Assembly (NCBI GenBank): GCA_044892505.1 | Contig: CM097882.1 | Span: 394,568,001 to 394,632,000 of the forward strand | DNA length: 64,000 bases | Origin: Schmidtea nova | Lineage: Eukaryota | Reading direction: 5' to 3' | Part shown: positions 1 through 11,589 of the stretch, one piece after another | Numbering within the stretch: the stretch's first letter is position 1 | Layout of the letters: the number at the start of each line of letters is the position of its first letter | Position numbers and translations under genes: made by a program | The notes under the pieces: model-generated | Told to the model about the DNA's origin: nothing | The model's input: only the letters and a program-made list of their open reading frames with translations | The model's database searches: none

Positions 1-480
1 TGAAACAACCCATATTAAGATCAGATTTTAAATGACCATTCTTTTGACACATTTGACACAATCAAAGAATGTTTAATGAAACAACCCATATTAAGATGTC
101 CAGATTTTAAATGACCATTCATATCGATGACAGAGGCTAGTAATTTCACATTAGGTGCGATACTGGGCCAAAACTTGGAAGGTGAGAACGATCACGTAAT
201 CGCTTATACCAGTTGAACGCTAAGACCGCGTGAAAATAATTATTCCACGATTGAAAAAGAAACATTAGCATTAGTATATATGATAACTACGTTCAGGCAA
301 TACTTAATGGACAGAAATTTATCGTTTTTACTGACCATAACCCATTACAATGGCTCATGAAACACAGAGACTCGGGCAGTAAGTTGATAAGATAGTCAAT
401 TGCGTTGCAGGAGTATGATTTTGAGATTAAGTATCGTACAGAAAAGTCAAATGTAAATGCAGATGCGCTGTCAAAAATTT
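1..480 (+). pseudogene. Ty3/gypsy pol fragment (RT connection/RNase H), decayed
   Basis: Manual translation gives KQPILRCPDF..TEASNFTLGAILGQ..VIAYTS*TL..ENNYSTIEKETLA..FTDHNPL..LQEYDFEIKYR..NVNADALS, with stops and a frameshift. Bases 1-41 locally duplicate 78-120. Confidence 0.9.
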
Positions 481-643
481 CAGATGAGAAGGACGTTGTT
501 CAATATGAAACAAAGTATGAAAACACTATTTTTATCTCAATTAAAACTGCAAATAATACGAGAGAGTTCATCAGTAAAATTATGATGAATTAAATCAGCA
601 ACATCAACATGCAGTCACAATAAAAAAAGAGAGTGACTGGAAT

Positions 644-2137
644 GGGCCCGGAGCCAGGAATGAATCAATAAGGGGCAATTACTGAAACTGGTGGGGCAAC
701 CCCTTAAATTTTAAATTACAAAAAAATACGGTCCTATCGACAATTGTCTTATTGTCTGCGAGTATCATCTTATATTTAGAACCCCTTGCTCATCCATATA
801 TCAAATATTGATAGATTAAAGCCAATATTGGTATATTCTACTTTAACAATACAAGAATACAAAAAACACATGCAGCATGTGTTCAACAGCAGTATAAAAG
901 CAGACTTTACAAAATCAGACGCCGACTACTCTCCTGAAACAATGGTAGAACACATTCGCAACTGACGATCTTCGATTCTTCCTTCTCATAAACTTAGAAC
1001 GCCAGGTCTAGTTTTCTGTGCACAGCCTTGCACTTTCAGTAGGGCGATATTAAACGCGTTAATATTGAGAATGTTGCTTTACATGTTACTGTAGAAGCCG
1101 GCATCAGAAGAGAGCAACAGATAAGGTGATAAAAGTGTGGGAATGCATCTCTGTAATTTGACAGGAATGAAGCAAGAACATCTAATTTTTTTGAATTGGC
1201 AATAGATGATTTGTTAATTAGCTCTTTCGCAACGACAATCTCAGCTGTCAGGGATTTGTCAGTAAATTTCTTATCACTTGCAGCTACAAGACTTTCCAAT
1301 GGTTCAATCTTTTGTTCCTGAAGGAAACTGTCCTTGTTACCAGGTAAAAGTGCATCCAGCGCTGCACTTAAATCACAGTTTGATTTGGAAAAACGTGACT
1401 GTAATTCATTAATTACTTCATCCAAAATCTCGAAAAACACTTGACAATTGCCATTTTGCATGGAATTATTTTCGTCTTCGAAATCTGCATTACTCAACGT
1501 GCTAATAATAAGGCTGCAGTTAAGTCTTTCAGGAATCTTGCGTGACCGATTTTGTAGAGATTGAGGAGTTAAGGAATGTTCTTGAAATTTTGTTAACAAA
1601 TCCTGCATTTCATGTGAAGTATACTTAGCATTAGCAGGTATCGTTTGAGAAATCTCGTTCAATTTGGGATCAATATCAAGAATGTATTCACACATTTGAA
1701 GAAATTTCTCACTATTTACATGTCCCAACGCTTCAACATTTCCACGCGAAGCCAGCTCATAACCAGCTATCCATTTTGCAATTTTAACAAGCGCACTAAA
1801 ATAATATCTGTTTCGCTCAATTCGGATAGGTCGCAATTGTTTCCCTATTGTTTTGCCTTGCTTTTCTCTCATCATATAATGTTACTCACCGTTTGCAATT
1901 TCACCCTGTTAGTCTGCTTGATTTGCTTGAGCAATAGAAGTTAGACCAGGAAAAGCAACTGAAGGCGTGGTCCGCACACGAACAGAACAAGAACAGTAAT
2001 CCAGCAATTTATTTTGTTGTTTTGACATCTGGTTTATCCAAAGCAACACGTTAACTTTTTATTTTTATTTTTGGAGGGGGCATTTTCCTTTTCAGGAGGG
2101 GCATTGCCCCCAAATGCCCCCCCGTGGCGCCGGGCCC
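644..2137 (-). mobile_element. hAT DNA transposon, internally deleted derivative
   Basis: Imperfect TIRs GGGCCCGGAGCCAGG (644) and CCGTGGCGCCGGGCCC (ends 2137) enclose a transposase remnant. No clean TSD was found. Confidence 0.75.
1036..1875 (-). CDS. hAT transposase deletion product (DUF4371-like start fused to C-terminal dimerisation region)
   Basis: The 279-aa ORF has ELASRG..N.EKFL..NAKYTSHEMQDLL at the N-terminus and FPHFYHL..LLMPASTVTCKATFS.L.RL at the C-terminus. The catalytic core between them is missing. Confidence 0.8.
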   Translation of the reverse strand: MMREKQGKTIGKQLRPIRIERNRYYFSALVKIAKWIAGYELASRGNVEALGHVNSEKFLQMCEYILDIDPKLNEISQTIPANAKYTSHEMQDLLTKFQEHSLTPQSLQNRSRKIPERLNCSLIISTLSNADFEDENNSMQNGNCQVFFEILDEVINELQSRFSKSNCDLSAALDALLPGNKDSFLQEQKIEPLESLVAASDKKFTDKSLTAEIVVAKELINKSSIANSKKLDVLASFLSNYRDAFPHFYHLICCSLLMPASTVTCKATFSILTRLISPY

Positions 2138-2139
2138 GG

Positions 2140-3591
2140 TGTAAAATGCTCTCAAAAATTATATTATTTGTAATTTTTTGTTCTATGGACAATTCTTGTA
2201 AGAATTTCCTTCCATTTTTTGATTTCCTTATCAATATTCTGTTGTTGTAAATAATCCAAAGTTGCATCATGTCTAAGTCTTATTTCTATTTCCTTCCATT
2301 GGGAAAATGATTGAATGTGCAGTAGACTCAACTCGTGTTGACTTATTTTGGGATAAAAAAACATTTTCTGTGTTAAAATTTGATTGACAAAGATCATCAA
2401 ACAGTTTACAACAAAAACAATAAATACTTTTCTTCGATGGCGAAAACACCATTCATGACCTTAACAGCTTTTCACCATTAGGCAAAATTTGAAAAAAATA
2501 GTCGCGATTAAGTTTTCTTGTTTCAACTTTAGCTTTGATAGTATTACCAAGACGTTTTACTCCTTCACTAAAATTATCATCTAAATTTTGAATTGCAAAT
2601 GGACCTTGACGTGCCAGAAATACTTTTGTATTGTCATCAATCTTGTTAGGCCATAATCCAATATCTTTCATAGAAATAGACCAAATAATTTGTGCAGCAG
2701 ACTCTTCATCAGAACTTGATGAACTTTTTACTTCTTTGCCAGTATGTAAGGTATGTCTTTCTGCTTCAACAACATTGGAAGCAGTTTTCTCGCTTTCGAG
2801 GACTAATACTTCGCCAGTACTTGAGGCAACAATATTTAAAGAACTTAAAGTTGATTCACGGCAGATGTATTTGAATAGTGATCCAGTATTCTTATTTTGT
2901 ATTTCCTCCCTTGCCTTCTTTTACTTTCTAAATAAAGCTCCACTTTTTTATTTGTTTCATCCTACGGATATGTTAAAAAAATAAATTATAGAAATAAAAC
3001 GTATAATTTGTATTTTAAATAGTATATATCTTTTTCAAAATTATGTATGCTTTTTGTAACGTTTATTAATGGAGAAATATGAATATAATTATTAAATTTA
3101 AACGATTATTTATATTACTAATTGTAATATTATTTTAAATAATAAAAAAAATTATGTACAGTTCACTTTAATAGTACATTTGATAGAGAATAAATATGTT
3201 AACATTTAGAAACAAATCAAATCTCAGGTCATATCACATGTAAACAACTAATTGAATACCGTTTTCTAGGATTCGGGTGGGAACAGTTTTCTATAAAATA
3301 CTTGGAAAACTGTCAAAGACCGCGATATTAATGTTACAATACTAATAACGATAGGTTTTATATATATTTTATATATTAATTCACAAGTAAAATACAATTC
3401 ATAAATAGTAATTAATATGAACGTAACAAAGATTGAGCAATATATATTCTATGTTTATATTTAGATAATTGAACTGATAATTCTACAGTCCAAAGTGTAT
3501 AATCTAAGTTTTAATAAATATAAAAAATGACGCCCCAAAATATGTGCCACCCGGTGCGGACCGCACCCACCGCCCCCTAGGTACGCCACTG
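2140..3591 (-). mobile_element. Truncated hAT (ZMYM1/Tip100-like) 5' part with one terminus
   Basis: Broken frames read SGA..RK..REE..K.TGSLFKY, DIGLWP and F.CCKL..KISQHE.S..H..S...W. The terminus CCCCCTAGGTACGCCACTG ends at 3591. Confidence 0.8.
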
Positions 3592-4289
3592 CGTCTTTGG
3601 AATAATTTTAATAATAATTTCAAAATTGACCATTAGATACATTTTCTCAAAATTCTTGTTTTGCGCTTCTGGTAAAAATTTAGTTGGAAATAATCTTCAT
3701 GAGATTTTTGTGGACTGAAAATTGTAAAGTTCTTCTGTGTATTTGTTTTAATAATTAGAATGTATTTAAATTAAATTAAGTGATAAGAAATTATTAAGAA
3801 AATTAATTTATTTTCTTTTATGCTGATTTAATTGTTTTCATAATTTTCTATTTTCCATCAAATAAATTTAACAATTGTAAATATTATGTAAATATTTAAT
3901 ATTTATAATTTAAAGAAATAGATTAAATTTAAAGAAATTATTTAAAAAATTAATGAATAATTCTTTACTATGGTAAAGTGATCTCTATGGACCATCTTTT
4001 GGTACTCCCTCGCTACTTATTAAAATACAGTAACGAATATATTTTTGTATTAATAACTTTTATTATTAATTATTTATTTATTTTGTATTTATTATTTAAT
4101 CTATTTATTGTTATTGTTTATTATTTAATATTTATTGCATTTTTTATTTTATTTTAATTTGTTTATTTTATTATTATTTACATATTTTTTGTTTACTTGA
4201 TGACATTTTTAGCAGGTCAAAGTCAAATTAATAGATCATAAAAGGTTTGAGATAGATCACTAAACTAAATAGATCACTAAACTTCAATG

Positions 4290-5400
4290 GAATGCTATGG
4301 GTATCTGGTCTAATGACTTTCTTTGAGGGAAGAATCCGTGGTGGGTTGACATTTGTGAACAAACATCATGTATTAACTGATGATGAAAATTTGACAGTTT
4401 TGATAAAATACTGGAATAATGCAGGAAATAAAATTTAAAATCTCTTCCATGAGGTTATAGTATAATCATTCAATTTATTTTTGGATTTTATTGGGAATCT
4501 CTAAGTCCAACTCCATTGTATAACCGTTATAGAAGATTAGACTTATAGAAGACCGACTTAGAGATTCCCAATAAAATCCAAAAATAAATTGAATGATTTC
4601 CCGATATCATCAGAGAATAAATGAATATCAAAAGTTGAGAATTTGCTACTTAATTGTTCTAAAAACAATTACTACATAATGTTGTAGATTGACATTTACT
4701 CTAAATGTGTATATGGTTAGGAGTAAAAATTGACAAATTTCATCGTGTAGTTCATTGAAAACAAGAATTCATTTTCAATAAATATGTGGAAAGAAACATC
4801 AAGTTTAAAGTAAAATCAAAAAAATTATTACAAATTTCTGGACAACAGCTTGTATGGAAAACCTGTAGACAAACTAAAAAAGATAATGAATATCCGAAAC
4901 AAAATTGGTTACATATGCATTTAAACCAATATTTCAAAAGTGTATTAAGATTGTGGATGATTTAATTTCTATATTGCTAAATAAAGATGCAATGTGTTTA
5001 TATAAGTCTAGTTATATTGGTCAAACTGAAGCTATCAGTTACAGTACATTGACTTAAAGCAATATAGAGATCAATTTTCTGTATAATTTTATTGTAACAG
5101 ACTCTTGAAGTTAAAAATTGGAAGTTAAGTGTTCCTTTTCCCAAAATAGATAATGACAATCTTATGGATACTTCGAATTATGATCCAATTCATCCTTTAT
5201 GCAACACGAAGTTAGATTCCATTTTTGGAAAATTTAAAGACGAGAGTAATGGTCATGATTATGAAAAGTGTTTAATTCTCCGACCAAAATGGTACAGTTT
5301 ATTAGGTATTACAAATACAACAAAGGCAAAGGGAGTAAAATTAAAAGATACAGTTAAAAAACACCAGTCTTATCTGGATTACTATCATGGATTATAAATA
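4290..5400 (+). pseudogene. Polinton/Maverick protein-primed family-B DNA polymerase fragment
   Basis: Motifs in order are RIRGGLTFVNKHH (~4330), LGVKIDKFHRV..KQEFIFNKYVERN (~4720), YYKFLDNSLYGK (~4840) and DTSNYDPIHPL..FGKFKDESNG..LRPKWYS..KAKGVK (5164-5397). Many stops and frameshifts. Confidence 0.88.
4464..4598. repeat. Perfect 44-bp inverted repeat with 47-bp spacer (foldback/MITE-like) inside the Polinton relic
   Basis: 4464-4507 is the exact reverse complement of 4555-4598. Confidence 0.9.
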
Positions 5401-5407
5401 CCTAAGC

Positions 5408-5817
5408 CTTAGATTCCCAACCTATTTTGGTTTAGGGCCACTTTTGTTTAGTTGGAGGGCACGAAGGGCCAAAAGGTTAAAATAACTAAAAATTACGAAG
5501 ATAAAATCTCTATGATGAGTCTATACTCTATATGAAAAAATCAAGGATACTTTTTTTACATGACACAATTTACAATAATATTTTACAATAGACAAATTCC
5601 TGATTAATAACTTTAGTTTAGTTATTAAATTGCCAGTGATAATTATTGGTGTTTAACTTTGATAAATCATAGTTTTAAACTAAATTTAGGGCAAACGTTT
5701 TCCATGGAAGGTGTAATTGTGATATATTTTTAGTGTTCTTTGTTGAGAAGCTGATGGCCACTTTTTTATGTCCGGCGGGCCACTTCTGGCCCGCGGGCCA
5801 CAGGTTGGGAACCACTG
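5408..5817. mobile_element. Non-autonomous hAT MITE
   Basis: Termini are CTTAGATTCCCAACCT and AGGTTGGGAACCACTG. Flanks ACCTAAGC and ACCTAAGG match 7/8 as a TSD. Confidence 0.75.
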
Positions 5818-6131
5818 ACCTAAGGTATCTCAATTTCTTATAGGTACTATAAACCACAAACTATATAGTTTTAAAACACTTAAAGTTGCTTTTACAAATA
5901 ATGGTAATAAAAGGTCTAGGTAGAAAATAATAAAAGTCTGACAAATTGTCTTTATATGATATCAGATGATGGTAAGTTTATTAGTTTTTATTAATTTGAT
6001 AAATCAAATGTGGAGCATTTAATAAGAACGCAAGTTACCATATTAAAAATAATAGTACTCTAACAACATTCTAGGGAAATCATAATATTGCTGATTCGTT
6101 GGTTTGGTCTTAAAACTGAGGTTATTATTGA

Positions 6132-6370
6132 TGTTAGCATTAGGGCAACCTCACCAACATAAAAAGATTCCTCCCGCTGATACCCATGACTAGTCCCTAA
6201 TTACTCATCATGTTGGTGCTGTATCTAGCGTTGTAGAGTGATGAAGCAGGTGAGCAACCTTGCGGCTACTATTCTCTCATTTATCTGCGTGTCCACCACT
6301 ACCGATAGAAGGTCTATGTGGATTTGTTTCCTTTATTCACTAATCAATTCACGTCTAGGGTTCTAGTTAA
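6132..6370. repeat. Copy 1 of a recurring ~250-bp terminus (relatives at 9818, 14951, 16610)
   Basis: Shared ordered motifs are TG(T)..TAGGG, C(T)CACC, CCCT, GTTGG and GGTGAGC. Confidence 0.55.
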
Positions 6371-6546
6371 TCATTCGTCCTCGGCCTTCCGGTTAAATTA
6401 ATTATGTGAATTTTATATTATTTACTCATGCATTTATTCTATTTTTCATGCTCATCAAATGATTAAACAGACACAAGACATTTCAATATTTTATTAACCT
6501 AATAACACCTTTGGTTGATTACTTTTAGTAATTGTCGTTCTAGCAA

Positions 6547-7053
6547 TCAACTCAACAAATCCACTTTTATGCCCATTCGTTCAGCATAAGCGCGTCTTTC
6601 TCGTCGGCGCTTCGCTCCTAACCGGTTTCTCTTTTTGGTCTTGGCGTTGACTACGGACGTTCCCGTTTTGATCTCATTAACCTCAATCGGGCTGCTTGTT
6701 GGATTATCTGTTTGAGTCTCAATATTTATGCTCCGCGACGGAACCCACCTGTCGAACGTGGTTGCTCTAATCTGGTCTTTTAGGTACTCAGAGATTAAGT
6801 TGGCTGACACCGTCTTAAGACAGCGATTCAGTTCTACTCGGGTTACTGCCAATTCAATTGCTTATTCGTCAAGGGCGCGCTGCGTACGATCCTTTCCCTT
6901 TAGGACCTCCTTAACTGCTGCAAAACAAAACCAGCTCCATCGGAGTTCCTCTAAGTCTGCTCGCTGCCGATTCACAGTCCCTTCTAGCAGACGGATACGA
7001 CAACGCATTAACTTCACCTCCTTGTCAGTGATCGATTTATTTAATGGCTCCAT
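6547..7053 (-). pseudogene. Small coiled-coil plus basic-tail ORF with one in-frame stop, TE-associated
   Basis: ORFs 7053-6862 and 6852-6547 share one frame. The N-terminus contains RCRIRLLE and the tail contains KKRNRLGAKRRRERR. Confidence 0.45.
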
Positions 7054-7099
7054 TTCCTAGAATAGAAACAATACTCATGTCCTTGCTTTTAGTAGTCGA

Positions 7100-9139
7100 C
7101 AGATTGATCGTCACTCTCATGTGTAACGGTTAAACTCATGACCAAACCAAATTTTCCTCTCATCTTGCTCATAACTTGTCATCAAATTACTCACACAGGC
7201 ATCACTCTCATTACCAGTTCTTTTATCAGGATCAGTCATTCCTAATTACTACCTTCCGTATTTTAACTCATGCAAACGCAATATACGATATACCACAAAT
7301 GTAGAGACGAAGATTTATTTTTAAATTTACTACACAGGGAATATGGTATGTTCATTTGGATCATAGGCTCCACTCTTGAGCGTATTCACTATCGCTCCAC
7401 TGGATTCCATTGGCATGATAGAAATCTGGGTTTGAGTTCCAGCATAATTGCCTTTTATATAGAAAAACTTCTTGCCATTCGACACCTGCTGCCCAAATGG
7501 TGCTTCGTTCATCCGTGGTTGGGGTTCCAGTAGGTAGATTTGTATAGGAAATCGGTTCTCCAAGTTTCTTGGTCGATCTAAAATTACGTATCCCAAACGG
7601 TGGAGTTCGGATACTGCTATCGGCATGAAATGAATTAGCCATCGTGGTTTTCCGGAGGGTTACTGCATCTCGATTAACCACCGTAACTTATCCTAAGAGG
7701 GTTGGCGGACTACTCGCAGCCAATGGAAGTCACCTTCCCATCGTAGTTTGATTCTCCATGTCGTTTGGTCCGAGAAGATTTTCGAAATATCGTGTGATCT
7801 ACGCCAATGGCGCAAATGCCTTCTTACACAGTCCTGGAGTCTGGTTCACGCTTCGTCTAACGCTTTGACGATTAAAAACGACTGGGTGCCCTCGTCCTTC
7901 CACCACGCGTCTTTATCGAGATTACGTCGAACTTTCATGTAGTTTTTCCTGGAACGAAAATAACTGCATTATCATATTTAATCAGGCTGGAATTCCGCCT
8001 TCCGACGTCATTCACCCACAACAGCATTCGTTATCAATGTTTGCATATTCACCATTCCCTGTTCATTCAAGCACACTGTATTGACTGTTATATTAGTGCC
8101 GATTCGCTCTAATCAGATCGCGGGTTCTTTTCAATCGATCGCATACATTACTCTAGACTACATTGACATTCACCACACAAATTCAGCATACAATGTAAGG
8201 GTTCGAGATGTTGTAGTCAACTAAGATCACCTTCCTGATTTTATGAGACATCATTGCACAACAATCGGTCAATCGCATCATCATTTATCATCATTCGGAG
8301 TGGATGTTCGCTTCCTTGTTGAAATCGGTCTATTACGGTGGGTTCGCTTCGATATCATCCATCATATATAGGTTATTAGTTATTACTATTATGACAGTTC
8401 AACTCCTTCGACCCACATAACTCGCTTTAACATACGACACCATGTGCACCCTAATCCTGTGCCCAGAGTTTATAGAGAAAACTACGCCGCATCCGCCATC
8501 ACCCGAAGGTGATGCGCTGAGAGGCCCTTTGGTGCCCTTCGGGTCCGGAGACCCTCCAGACGTGGTTTTAAAGATTTAAAATATATGAATCATGAGAGCT
8601 CTTATCATATCAATGAATAACAACTAACTCATACCTTTTATTTCTCTTGATACGACAAGTTACGCTTGGTACAATAGTTCACTAGAAAGATTTCAACTTT
8701 TCTCAACAACTACAATTCGTCATTTGACTGATTTTGGCTACTGCTTATATAGAAGTTTTCAGTTTGGGCCGGCCAATCAGAATTCGTCACTGTGTTATTA
8801 ATGTTTGGTATTTATTTTCTAATTATTTCTGATGTCCAGTCATTGATGGTTTTTGATTTAAATTCATTTTATTTGATATATTTTACGTGTGTCAGGTTAC
8901 CTTGACAAATTCTGGTGATGTCATGCTTGCTTCGGTTGTCTGGTTCTACTTGACTGGTTTTCAGGTTGTCATATTTTTATTATTCATTGTTATATCATTT
9001 TCTTTTTCAGGCTTCAATGATTTTCGGTTGGCCTTTCATCTATTCACTGGTATTTTATTATTATTCGCTAAATATATTATTTATTTTAGATGATATCTTG
9101 TCATTTGACTGGCCCAACAATATATTATCTTTGGTCACA
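7100..9139 (-). mobile_element. Decayed LTR-retroelement 5' end: LTR (~8443-9139), PBS and eroded gag-like region
   Basis: On the minus strand the LTR ends ...GGTGCACA and is followed immediately by TGGTGTCG (PBS-like). The candidate LTR has TGTG...CACA ends. A gag-like DKDAWWKD segment follows. No second LTR was seen. Confidence 0.5.
8745..8777 (-). promoter_or_regulatory. CCAAT plus TATA promoter inside the candidate LTR
   Basis: Minus strand reads CTGATTGG, ~22 nt, TATATAAGCAG. The same layout occurs at 15981-16015. Confidence 0.55.
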
Positions 9140-9299
9140 AAAAATATATTTTTTTAATATGCGCACACTTTCAATTTATTTTTTAAATCATGTTGCATCC
9201 TGTCGGGTATCGAAATGTGATAAAATTCTTGGTTTTGCGGATGATGACCGTCACAAAGTAATGAATTAGTCACAGACAACTTATAACAATATATGCCCC

Positions 9300-9790
9300 T
9301 CTCATACCATTTATGATTAGATTAACCAGTTCAGTGTTTTATGACGAGAAATTTAGTTGTTCTTGTGAAATATCTGATCAAAGGAGAGAGAAATGTTTGC
9401 AAATTGCGAAGGAAGAACGCCAAATCACTATCAAGGATGTCTCACAGCGGTTAAATGTGAGTAGCGGGTGTGTACATGCCATCTTGAATGAATCTGCCGT
9501 TAAAAAATTTGCATCCAAGTTCGTCGAATGTTTTCTTTTCTCTAAAATGTGTGAATATCAGAGAGAATACTATCAGATAAACCTTCTTATTTTTGATGAA
9601 CATAATGACTAATTCCTCAGAAATATCATTATTGTGGAAGAATCACCTTTATCCCTGTATATTTTTGAGTCAAAGCATTAGTCCAGTAAATGAAAATTCC
9701 ATGGAGAAACGAGTTCCAGGAAGATTAGATATGAACATGTCATAAAAGATTATTGATGTTGACAATTTTGTTGGTGTTATACGTTAAAAT
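9300..9790 (+). pseudogene. Mariner transposase fragment
   Basis: Reads RQITIKDVSQRLNVSSGCVHAIL..KKFASKFV, then FLRNIIIVEES..ESKH*SSKWK, matching the mariner HTH and the ITGDE.W..Y..ETK.QS.QW region. Confidence 0.75.
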
Positions 9791-10229
9791 ATTTCATTAA
9801 TATATTTTGTTCTAGGCTGTAGCTAGGGTACACATCAACCCAAATAAATAACTTCTGATTGTATGCCCTTGTAGATAGCCATCCAGCACGTTGGTACTAC
9901 ATACATCAGTCTAATGTAAGTTGCAGGTGAGCGCCTACTTAGCATTACTCCCAACTTACCATTCTGGCGGGTTCCTATGACCAATAGAAGGTCGTTATAA
10001 TCCCCCTTATTTAAGTCTCTCTTTCTGGGTGTATTCCTTTATTAGTAGGAAAACTAAGCGCTGATCTTCAGTCTGAGAATAAAATGTAAGCAAATATTTA
10101 ACAACGTTAAACTTTATGAATTTGAAGAACAAGAAAAAACAATTTATAATACTATACATACATTTATTTGCCTAAGGCCTGCTAACATATACAATACAAG
10201 TTGTCAGTGACTCTTGCAAGAGGGAACGT
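9626..10229 (+). repeat. Left copy of the ~604-bp direct duplication flanking the gypsy element
   Basis: Aligns end to end with 14759-15363, with about 19 differences counted by eye (~3%). Confidence 0.92.
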
Positions 10230-10318
10230 TATGAAATGTGTCAATATTAAAATAATAATATTGTTTTAATATTAACAAGTAAAAATGTTGAGCGTTGTTT
10301 TTCAATATAATTTGCATT

Positions 10319-11500
10319 ATGAGTGAACAGACTTTTACTGGCGACCACGCAAAAGTGGAAACAATTCAATCAGTTACAAGACAACAACGGAAACTCATCT
10401 TAGAGTCACTTCCGAAACAAGTACAAGATATCTTGAATTTTAATGTCAGGAAATTCAATGGAAGAAATACAGCAGAAGCAGAACTGTGGATGAAAGATAT
10501 CGAAGATTGGCTTATGATGAACGAGTTGAGTCTATTAAGCATATTTGATTTATTATTGTCAGAAGAAGCTGGTATATTATGGAATGATTATAAAATTCCA
10601 GATATTACTGATAAAGAGGCAAAAGAATGGTTCAGTGACACATTCACAAAGAAAAGGTCGATCACTGATAGAATATATGATTTAGCAAGAGTTGAACAAG
10701 AAAAACAATGAAAGATTTGCAACTTTTGAAATTAGAATAAAAAAATTACTTGATGATATCTTCGATTGTGGATTATCCAGAGAAGAAATTGTGAGAAATA
10801 TTGTTGCCAATAGGGTCCACAATGAACGGTTAAAGGAGAATTTTGTTTCTAATGCCAAAATGTCAAGAGAAGAAATGCGAACATTAGCAAAGGTATTTGA
10901 ATCAAACGATAACACGGAAAGAAACGTGCGTATTGAAGAAATTCAAGCAGTGGATAGAAGGTCATATGCAAATGCGGTTCGAGAACGAAATTCTCAGTGG
11001 GAGCATAAAAACAAACCAAAAGCAATAGTTCAAAATAACAGAGTATTTGAACCAAACCATCAGCGCAATATAACATATCAAAATAAGCTATTTAATAGTA
11101 GTAAACCTATATCAGAAGATCAGAGAGACAGAAAAACGAATGAATATGAAGAAAGAAGACAATTACCAACCGTATCGATGAAGCATATTGCAAGGAGACT
11201 TTATAATAGATGTTGTGGATTGCCAGAGTCGAAAGAAGAGAAGTTGAAACCAGGCCAGTGTTTCTGCTGCAAGAAGAGCAATCATTTACGATTTCAGTGT
11301 CCTTTGAAAGATAGATGCTTGATTTGTGGCAAAATCGGACACACGTTTAGAGACTGCCATGTGATTAAGAAGAATTTCGAAAGGAAACAACACCAAGTAT
11401 ATTGTATACACGATGAAGAACAAGATGATTCAGAAATAATTAATGAACCCCTTTTACATGATGTAGAGTATCAAAAAACCAACGCGACCCTGACGTACAC
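10319..11500 (+). pseudogene. gypsy gag (frameshift at ~10700), two CCHC knuckles
   Basis: Contains RKFNG...AELWMKDIE, CFCCKKSNHLRFQC and CLICGKIGHTFRDC. Confidence 0.88.
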
Positions 11501-11589
11501 ATTTCGTCGATGGGCTCGAGTCAATAGGACAATCAAGAAATCGAAATGGAGTTATGAAGGATGTGATGTATATGAAGGAAGATGGTAGG

